Below are positions 7,806-14,330 of a stretch of 16,101 nucleotides of DNA, piece after piece (position 1 is the first letter of the stretch; every line of letters starts with the position of its first letter). The stretch is from the IMG/VR virus record IMGVR_UViG_3300035516_000805; one strand, given 5' to 3'. Under the pieces are notes generated by a model, which did not search any database, was not told the origin of the DNA, and worked only from the letters and a program-made list of their open reading frames with translations. Both the position numbers and the translations under genes were made by a program. The stretch is from a virus. Its lineage: Duplodnaviria > Heunggongvirae > Uroviricota > Caudoviricetes.

Positions 7806-7877
7806 ACAGTTATTTTCTATTAAAAAACAGAACTTCCAACACTACTGATAGTAGTCCTAAAAGGACTACTATCTAAG
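7806..7877 (-). repeat. Double-hairpin unit U1 (second arm of hairpin A degenerate)
   Basis: Minus strand reads CTTAG-ATAGTAGTCCT-TTT-AGGACTACTAT-CAGTAGT-GTTGGAAGTTCT...AACTGT. Positions 7829-7877 match U6 except for a compensated stem pair and an inverted loop. The left boundary is approximate. Confidence 0.85.
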
Positions 7878-7952
7878 GTTCTCATCGAATTTTTATTAAA
7901 ATAAAAATTTCGATTTTACATTATTATAATATCAACGATAAGGAGATATTAT

Positions 7953-10900
7953 ATGAAAACATTAGAAGAATTAGGTATAGAAAAAACTGATTTAGTTAGC
8001 CATAATCATTGTGCCACTGTTCAAGATGCTGTTTGTGGCGGTGTTGCAATGTGCAAAGGCGCACAAAACGCCGGATATTCTGCAATTGCAATTACAGACC
8101 ACGGAAACTTTTGCGGTATGCAGGACTGCTTAGATTATGCTGCAAATACTAAAGGTGCTTTAAAAGTAATTTATGGACTTGAAGGTTATTTGAATTATAA
8201 AAATAAACAGTTAAATGAAAATAATGAATTAATTGAAGATAACACTTTATTGAGAAACCGTCATATTCTTTGGCTTGCAAAGGACGAACAGGGAAAGCAT
8301 TTAATTGATAAAGTAAATGCTCAGGCAGACTTATATCGTGGTGTTCCTTCTATTAATTTTGAAGATATTAAACAATTATCAGGTGGACATGTAATATGTC
8401 AGACTGCCTGTATCGCTTCTCCTGCCGGTGAATATTTATTACATAATTATAATCTGGAACATAAAAAGTCTTTAAAGAAAACACAAAGAAAGATTAAAAC
8501 TGATACAGTAGAAACTATTCCTGTTCATGACAAAGAACCTTGGACACAGGAAGAAATGTATGAGAAAGCTAAGAATTATGTAAAAGAATTACAGGATATT
8601 TTTGGAGAAGATTTATTTGTAGAAATACAATATCACGGTTTAGAGCAAGAGAAAATTGTATATCCGCAAATGGTAAAGATTGCTAAAGAGCTTAATCTTC
8701 CACTTGTTATTACAAATGATGCTCATATGCCGGATAATTCAAGGAAATCTATTAATCAAAGAAAAGTAGCTGTTTATAAGCGTTATAAAAATGCTGCTGA
8801 TGATGAGGAACGGGAAGATGCAAATGATGAAATGTATATTAAATCACAAGAAGAACTTGCCAATTTCTTATTAGATAGTGGTCTTTATGATATAGAAGAT
8901 ATCCGTGAAGGCTTTCATTCTTTGAATGTTATAAATGAGAGATGTACTTATGAACAGAAAATTGAAGACCATGCTCCAAAATATGTACCATCTGAAACAG
9001 AAAAAAAAGAAGATGGAAGCTTTGACAGTAAAGAAAAATTAAGAGAAATCGCAATGAACGGATTACTTAATTGGCGTTTCAAAAATGGTTTTCCTGATGA
9101 AGAAACAAAAAAGAAATATATTGACAGGTTAAATTATGAATTAGACGTTATCTGTAATATGGGTTATGCAGATTATTTTTTAATTGTAAAAGACTTTCTG
9201 GAATATGGACGAGTTATCGCAGGCGTACCTAAAGATAAAATGAGCGAAGTCCCGCTTACTATCGAAGAAGCAAAAATATGGTGTGAAGAACATCATTATA
9301 CTATAGGATTTGGTATTGGTGTAGGACGTGGTTCCGGTGCAGGTTCATTAGTAGCTTATACAACAGGTATAACCGGTGTAGACCCTATTCCATTTGATTT
9401 GATTTTTGAACGTTTTTTAAATCCACAAAGAATAACTATGCCTGATATAGACAGTGATTTAGCTATGTATGTCCGTGAAAAATGCGTTGAATATGTTATT
9501 CACAAATACGGAGAAAAGAATGTTGTTGGTATTCAGACAAAAGCTATTATTCACCCTAAAAAAGGATTATCTGATGCTAAAATCTATTTATGTGAAGAAA
9601 AAGGCTGGAACGCTCAGGAAACACAAAAATTAGTATCTTTGATTAGTAAAGAAATTCCGAATTTAGTAAACTGGGATAGTAAAGTTGACCCTTTAAACCC
9701 TAACAGTTTAACATATTATCAGTCTATTAGTGATAAATTTAAAGATACTCCACATGCAAAGGAATTGATTGATTTAAGTTATGACCTTGAAGGCTCATTA
9801 ACTTCTTTAAGTGTTCACGCAGCAGGTAAAATTATTTTTGACAATTCCTATGAGAATGGTGTTATTGGTTATACACCTACAACCACAGCAAAAAAAGATA
9901 ATCAAAAAGTTATTGAAATGGATATGTCACAGGCTGAACACGCCGGACTGTTAAAAATGGACTTTTTAGGACTTCGTACTTTAAATATTATCACAGAAGC
10001 AAAACAGTTGATATTTAGGGAAAGAAAAGAAGACGTTGATGTTACTCAGACTATTTTACAAAATGACGAAAAATGCGTTGAAATGTATAAGTTATTTTTA
10101 AAAGCTGAAACAGGTAACATATTTCAGTTTAACTCTACCGGTATGAAACAGACAATGCAGCAATTATTTGATGGTATAAAACTGCAGGATATAACTGCAA
10201 AGAAAATGATTGACTGGCTTACGGCTTTAAATGCACTTTATAGACCGGGACCTATGGATGAAATTCCTAATTTTATGAAAAACCGTAATGGTATTGTAAT
10301 AAAATTATCAGAAGACAAACGAATTGAAGATATTGTATCCGTAACAAATGGCATTATAGTTTATCAGGAACAGGTTATGCGTATTTGTACAGACTGTGCA
10401 GGTTTTTCTATGGGAGAAGCTGACAATATCCGTAAATTTATGAGTAAGAAAAAACCTGATAAAATTGCTGAATACAGAGAATATTTTATTTATGGCAATA
10501 AAGAAAAAGGTATTAAAGGCTGTGTTAATAATGGTATGTCTGAAAAAGATGCTATTGAGATTTATGATAAAATGACTGCCTTTGCCAGTTATGCATTTAA
10601 TAAATCTCATGCTTTGGTATATGCTTTAACAGCTATGTATTGTATGTATTTAAAGGCTAATTATCCGGCTGAGTATTTATGTGCATGTTTAAACTGGGTA
10701 AGTGGAACTAAGGCAGATATACAGAGAAAAGAAGCAATTGCAGATATACATAAAATGGGTGTTGAGTTAGTACCACCTGATATTAATAATTCAAATGAAG
10801 ATACAGATGTTAAAAATGGTAAGATTATTTATGGATTAAATATGATTAAAAATATTAACAGTATATCTGATATTTTAGCTGAAAGAAAAGAAAACGGTGT

Positions 10901-12116
10901 ATTCATTAATTTAAAAGACTTCTTAATTCGTACAAAGCCAAATAAAAAAGTATTTGAATCATTAATGTATGCAGGAGCCTTAGATAAGATAATTGGTTTT
11001 CCAAGACAGAATTTATTTGAAAATATTACGAATAGTGAGACAAAACCTTATGAACAATTACTTGAAATTGTTGGAAATTATAAAGATTCTGTTGAAAAAT
11101 TAGAAGCATTAAATAAAGCACTTCGTATCTTACATCAATGCAATGGAATGATTACGATTGAAGAATTCCAAGAAAAATGTATTTCAGCAGGAATCGCAGC
11201 TTCTAGTTTTAATTATAACACGAAAAAAGTTCCGGCAGTATCTAAATTAGAGGACCGTAGAGATAATATTAGAAATGCTATTTATGAATATGACCGACAA
11301 TTAAGTGACTTTATTGAAGAACTATCAGAAAGAAACGTACCGGAAACAAACGTAAAAGTAAAAGAGTATGAAATGTTAGGACATTTTATTAATCATCCAT
11401 TACAAGGAATACCAACATTGGAATTCATAAATGATGAAGGGAAAAGTCCAAATAAATTAACCGGTATATTAACAGATGTTAAGGTTAATGTATCAAAGAA
11501 AAGTGGTCAAAAATATATGACTGCAACACTTTCTGATGAATTAAATTCAATTGATGTAATTGTATTTGGAAATGCTATACAGAAAATTGAACAAAATAAT
11601 AAACTTAATTTGTTAACAAACGTATCTGCAGTTACATTAACAGGAAATCTTAATATAGAAGAGAATGAAGTTGATACTGGGGAGTATGATGAAGACGGTA
11701 ATTCAATCACAACTATGGAATATAAGAGAACATTTTTTGTTAATGATGTAGAACGATTTAACATTAAATCCTTAAACAAAAAATCAGAAATGTTTTTATT
11801 AAACGTTCCAAGTAGGGGATACTATGAAAGTAATTTAAAAGAGTATTTAAAATCAAAGAGTGTTGAAAAAGACGGTCTTCCACTTACAATCGTAGAAACC
11901 GGATATGATAAAGTAAATAATAGAACATATCATAATTTTCACCGGACAATGTTAGAACAGGAATTTACATTGTCAGAACACGCTTTAAGATTAAATTATA
12001 CGGATGAATTTAAAGAGCACGGAATTGAATTAAAAAAAGTTGACTTAAATAGTAATTCTTTCTTGGATAGTAGTCTGAAAACTACTATCAGTACTGTTAG
12101 TACTGTTGAAAGGTGA
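7953..12116 (+). CDS. dnaE: DNA polymerase III alpha subunit (DnaE type, PHP + polymerase + HhH + OB)
   Basis: PHP motifs HNH, TDHG, GLE, NDAH; GRGSGAGSLVAY; FERFLNP; MPDIDSD; KMDFLGLRTL; IVYQEQVM; YAFNKSHA; C-terminal OB fold. RBS AAGGAG. The last 17 codons derive from repeat U2. Confidence 0.97.
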   Translation: MKTLEELGIEKTDLVSHNHCATVQDAVCGGVAMCKGAQNAGYSAIAITDHGNFCGMQDCLDYAANTKGALKVIYGLEGYLNYKNKQLNENNELIEDNTLLRNRHILWLAKDEQGKHLIDKVNAQADLYRGVPSINFEDIKQLSGGHVICQTACIASPAGEYLLHNYNLEHKKSLKKTQRKIKTDTVETIPVHDKEPWTQEEMYEKAKNYVKELQDIFGEDLFVEIQYHGLEQEKIVYPQMVKIAKELNLPLVITNDAHMPDNSRKSINQRKVAVYKRYKNAADDEEREDANDEMYIKSQEELANFLLDSGLYDIEDIREGFHSLNVINERCTYEQKIEDHAPKYVPSETEKKEDGSFDSKEKLREIAMNGLLNWRFKNGFPDEETKKKYIDRLNYELDVICNMGYADYFLIVKDFLEYGRVIAGVPKDKMSEVPLTIEEAKIWCEEHHYTIGFGIGVGRGSGAGSLVAYTTGITGVDPIPFDLIFERFLNPQRITMPDIDSDLAMYVREKCVEYVIHKYGEKNVVGIQTKAIIHPKKGLSDAKIYLCEEKGWNAQETQKLVSLISKEIPNLVNWDSKVDPLNPNSLTYYQSISDKFKDTPHAKELIDLSYDLEGSLTSLSVHAAGKIIFDNSYENGVIGYTPTTTAKKDNQKVIEMDMSQAEHAGLLKMDFLGLRTLNIITEAKQLIFRERKEDVDVTQTILQNDEKCVEMYKLFLKAETGNIFQFNSTGMKQTMQQLFDGIKLQDITAKKMIDWLTALNALYRPGPMDEIPNFMKNRNGIVIKLSEDKRIEDIVSVTNGIIVYQEQVMRICTDCAGFSMGEADNIRKFMSKKKPDKIAEYREYFIYGNKEKGIKGCVNNGMSEKDAIEIYDKMTAFASYAFNKSHALVYALTAMYCMYLKANYPAEYLCACLNWVSGTKADIQRKEAIADIHKMGVELVPPDINNSNEDTDVKNGKIIYGLNMIKNINSISDILAERKENGVFINLKDFLIRTKPNKKVFESLMYAGALDKIIGFPRQNLFENITNSETKPYEQLLEIVGNYKDSVEKLEALNKALRILHQCNGMITIEEFQEKCISAGIAASSFNYNTKKVPAVSKLEDRRDNIRNAIYEYDRQLSDFIEELSERNVPETNVKVKEYEMLGHFINHPLQGIPTLEFINDEGKSPNKLTGILTDVKVNVSKKSGQKYMTATLSDELNSIDVIVFGNAIQKIEQNNKLNLLTNVSAVTLTGNLNIEENEVDTGEYDEDGNSITTMEYKRTFFVNDVERFNIKSLNKKSEMFLLNVPSRGYYESNLKEYLKSKSVEKDGLPLTIVETGYDKVNNRTYHNFHRTMLEQEFTLSEHALRLNYTDEFKEHGIELKKVDLNSNSFLDSSLKTTISTVSTVER

Positions 12117-12208
12117 AACTTAGATGGTAGTTTTATAAAACTACCATTAGTAGTGTTAGTTTGTTGGTAGATAAAATCTACCAACAAACTAACTGACCTT
12201 CCAACTAA
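12062..12208 (+). repeat. Double-hairpin unit U2 (outer), overlapping the dnaE 3' end and interrupted by U3
   Basis: With U3 removed it reads CTTGG-ATAGTAGTC-TGAA-AACTACTAT-CAGTACT-GTT(AGTACTGTT)GAAAGGT-GAA-ACCTTCCAAC-TAA. It includes a 9-bp tandem duplication. Confidence 0.8.
12119..12196 (+). repeat. Double-hairpin unit U3 (78 bp, nested in U2)
   Basis: CTTAG-ATGGTAGTTTT-AT-AAAACTACCAT-TAGTAGT-GTTAGTTTGTTGGTAGAT-AAA-ATCTACCAACAAACTAAC-TGA; perfect 11-12 bp and 18 bp stems. Confidence 0.9.
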
Positions 12209-12234
12209 CCGGTAAATTCCATAAAAGATTTACT

Positions 12235-12290
12235 AAAAAAATACACAGATTAAAAAAGTTCTTTAAACCTTATAATCTGTGTATCTTTTT
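12235..12290. terminator. Probable bidirectional terminator between dnaE and the convergent operon
   Basis: ATACACAGATTA (12241-12252) / TAATCTGTGTAT (12273-12284), flanked by an A run and a T run. The 20-nt loop is unusually long. Confidence 0.6.
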
Positions 12291-12304
12291 ATATTAGCAA
12301 TAAA

Positions 12305-12643
12305 TTATTTACGTTGAGAATTATAACGCCATTGCTTTCCATAACAGATATATCCGTATCCATATTCACAACCTGTTTTACATTTATGGATACAGTCAAC
12401 ACATTCATGTTTGTATAAGAATATGAACAATTTAGAATGATTAAACGGAATACATTTTTCACAGTCGGAATTCAGAATTCGTTTCCATTCTTCCCATAGA
12501 ATATTATCTTCTTCTTTTGTGTTCATGAAATTTTCATAAGAGCCGCTGTAAATAACCTGTTCATCTGTATCGAAGATTGTGATTTCTTCAATATTAAACT
12601 GACTTTCATAACCTTTTAAAATATTCTTAACTTTTTTCATCAT
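12305..12643 (-). CDS. Hypothetical protein with Cys-rich C-terminus
   Basis: RBS AAGGAG. CVDCIHKCKTGC...C motif suggests metal binding. Confidence 0.7.
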   Translation of the reverse strand: MMKKVKNILKGYESQFNIEEITIFDTDEQVIYSGSYENFMNTKEEDNILWEEWKRILNSDCEKCIPFNHSKLFIFLYKHECVDCIHKCKTGCEYGYGYICYGKQWRYNSQRK

Positions 12644-12647
12644 CTAT

Positions 12648-13145
12648 TTAGCTCCTTAAATGATTTTCAACAAAGTTAACAATTTCCATAGGTGTGCAGG
12701 CATCAAATCCACACTCACTCGCTGCTTCAATACTCTTACCATTATCATCAATAAACAACACTTGGTCATAATTAATGAGCATCGCAGCGGCAATACCTTT
12801 TATCATATCAATTTTTTCTTTTCGTTTTCCAACAGAAAAGTTTTCCAATTTATACCCATAATTAAGAGTAACCCATTCAATTTTTCTTTGCATGTGTGGA
12901 AAACCAATTGTAGCAGACAACAAGCCAAATGTCTTAGTTCCACAACTATTAGCGTAATCCGTAAATTCCTTCATATGAGCATTTGGTTCACATTCTTCAA
13001 GAGGATAAACCACCTGAATAGGCTTACAAATTACATTATTATTATATACAACGTCTGATGAAATTCCACTATGCTTACTATGGATACACAGTGTATCATC
13101 AAAATCAAACAATATTAGTTTATAATTTATTATATCTTTTATCAT
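12648..13145 (-). CDS. HAD-superfamily hydrolase/phosphatase
   Basis: Motif I LILFDFDDTL, motif II LLSAT, a Lys (KRKEK) and motif IV FIDD. RBS GAGAGG. Confidence 0.8.
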   Translation of the reverse strand: MIKDIINYKLILFDFDDTLCIHSKHSGISSDVVYNNNVICKPIQVVYPLEECEPNAHMKEFTDYANSCGTKTFGLLSATIGFPHMQRKIEWVTLNYGYKLENFSVGKRKEKIDMIKGIAAAMLINYDQVLFIDDNGKSIEAASECGFDACTPMEIVNFVENHLRS

Positions 13146-13170
13146 AATTAATTTTACCTCTCTTTACAAT

Positions 13171-13284
13171 AGAATCATATTCTCAACACTACTAATAGTA
13201 GCTTAAATAATAGTTCTAAAAGAACTATTATAAGTAATGTTGGAAGATTTTATCTTCCAACTAATCTGAAGACTACTATCTAAG
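13171..13284 (-). repeat. Double-hairpin unit U4 (outer), interrupted by U5; hairpin A degenerate
   Basis: With U5 removed the minus strand reads CTTAG-ATAGTAGTC-TTCA-GACTACTAT-TAGTAGT-GTTGAGAAT-ATG-ATTCT. The left boundary is approximate. Confidence 0.8.
13202..13264 (+). repeat. Double-hairpin unit U5 (63 bp, nested antiparallel in U4)
   Basis: CTTAA-ATAATAGTTCT-AAA-AGAACTATTAT-AAGTAAT-GTTGGAAGAT-TTT-ATCTTCCAAC-TAA; both stems are perfect. Confidence 0.9.
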
Positions 13285-13298
13285 CTAGTTTATGCATA

Positions 13299-13541
13299 TT
13301 ATCTATCAATATCATAGACTGTTGGCTGCTCATCAATTGCTTTAATGCACTCTAAAATAGTGGTGTAAATCACTTGCTGCATAGTCTTATCATAACTTAG
13401 CTAGTAGTCCTAAAAGGACTACTAGCAGTAGTGTTGGAAGTTCTAAAGAACTTCCAACTGACCTAGTTCGTCCGCCGGACATTCTGAATACGCCCAATCA
13501 CTTAAATAGGCGGATAGCTTATCAGCATCAATCAATCTCAT
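13299..13541 (-). pseudogene. MRLIDAD-type prophage gene interrupted by unit U6
   Basis: ATG at 13541 overlaps the upstream TGA. It reads MRLIDADKLSAYLSDWAYSECPADELG, then 66 bp of U6 with in-frame TAG stops (first at 13445-13443), then resumes in frame YDKTMQQVIYTTILECIKAIDEQPTVYDIDR*. Not in the ORF track. Confidence 0.85.
13396..13461 (+). repeat. Double-hairpin unit U6 (66 bp, cleanest copy)
   Basis: CTTAG-CTAGTAGTCCT-AAA-AGGACTACTAG-CAGTAGT-GTTGGAAGTTCT-AA-AGAACTTCCAAC-TGA; perfect 11 and 12 bp stems. Confidence 0.92.
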
Positions 13542-13861
13542 TCTACATCGCTCCAATCTAATTTTTGACCACACTTATCACAATATTCTTGACCAAAATT
13601 TCCACCACACCATTTAGCACCAATTTCTGAAATAATTTTCCCTTTGCAAACAGGACAATTATAATTAACTGTTCCGTTCTTATAATCAAAGCAAATTACA
13701 GGTAAAGATACCTGCTTTTCGAGTGCTTTAATTGCTATATCAACACTTTTATAAGTGTCATCAGAAAATTTGTCCTCATTTTCTTTATCTGCTATTTCCA
13801 TAAACAATTTCAGATTTTTTAATCCTTCTATAGCTTGGTCAATTTCAGTTATTTTTTTCAT
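13538..13861 (-). CDS. Prophage-type Zn-ribbon protein
   Basis: AIKALEKQ...CPVC...YCDKCGQKLDWS is a recurrent pattern in small Firmicutes prophage genes. RBS GGAAGGTG. Coupled on both sides (TAATG, ATGA). Confidence 0.8.
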   Translation of the reverse strand: MKKITEIDQAIEGLKNLKLFMEIADKENEDKFSDDTYKSVDIAIKALEKQVSLPVICFDYKNGTVNYNCPVCKGKIISEIGAKWCGGNFGQEYCDKCGQKLDWSDVE

Positions 13862-14172
13862 TATATAATATCACCTTCCATTCCTTTTAATTGTTCTATA
13901 ATTTCATTACCTAAAAAGTTTTCTAGTTCCTCTTGCAAAGTTTCACGTTCAATTCCTTTCAATGCCTGTTCTGCTTCTTCTTCTGATAGAAACCACGTCT
14001 TCTGAAAAGTTTTATCAGTACAAATCTTTTCTATTCCAAATTCTATATATTTATTTAATTCTGCATACCATCCCTGCGAATTTATTACAATCTTTTTAAT
14101 CTTTTGGTGATAGATTCTATTAAATTCTGACAGTTCATTTAAGATATTTAATTTATAATTTATTTTATTTGG
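13861..14172 (-). pseudogene. 5'-truncated prophage-type gene abutting the IS right end
   Basis: 103 open codons PNKINYKLNILNELSEFNRIYHQKIKKIVINSQGWY...KTWFLSEEEAEQALKG...GDII* with no start codon. The stop overlaps the next ATG. The frame runs right up to the IS end at 14174. Confidence 0.75.
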
Positions 14173-14330
14173 AGTGAACTACCCACCACTTATAGAAGTG
14201 GGGGCTTCTAAGATGTTAATACATCTATTTAAGAAGTTTGATATTTAAGTTTCCACCTATTACTAGGCAATCCTTATTCTTACAGGCGTGTCCACTTCGC
14301 CTCTACTGTATAGGATAGTTAAATCCACAA
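14154..14330 (-). ncRNA. Predicted TnpB omegaRNA (reRNA) with flank-derived guide
   Basis: TnpB RNAs are known to derive from the tnpB 3' end and right end, with the guide from the flank. Visible hairpin CTTCT-AGATGT/ACATCT-AGAAG plus the right-end hairpin. Guide would begin UCCAAAUAAAAUAAAUUAUA (14173-14154). The 5' boundary is a guess. Confidence 0.65.

Noticed and set aside
7953-12116. Intein or intron in dnaE
   Set aside because: No intein splice-junction or LAGLIDADG motifs are seen, and the conserved DnaE motifs are continuous apart from short insertions.
12124-12147. 24-bp perfect palindrome as a protelomerase (telomere resolution) site
   Set aside because: It is hairpin B of unit U3, explained by the repeat family, and no protelomerase gene is present.
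12062-13461. Hairpin repeats as a CRISPR array
   Set aside because: No constant repeat-spacer periodicity, copies are dispersed, inverted and nested, and no cas genes are present. TnpB has IS ends rather than an array.
13396-13461. TAG read-through (alternative genetic code) making the U6 insertion translatable
   Set aside because: All in-frame stops in U6 are TAG, but no long ORF in the window contains an internal TAG, and tnpB and 1775-1957 end at TAG in sensible places.
13398-13466. 3-bp TAG target-site duplication around U6
   Set aside because: This alternative 66-bp excision also restores the frame, but it would leave CTTAG in the target. That is incompatible with U3 and U5, where CTTAR must be removed to restore the host hairpins.
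14085-14138. ATG at 14138 (minus) as the start of the truncated gene
   Set aside because: It is out of frame with the long open frame, stops after 17 codons and has no RBS.
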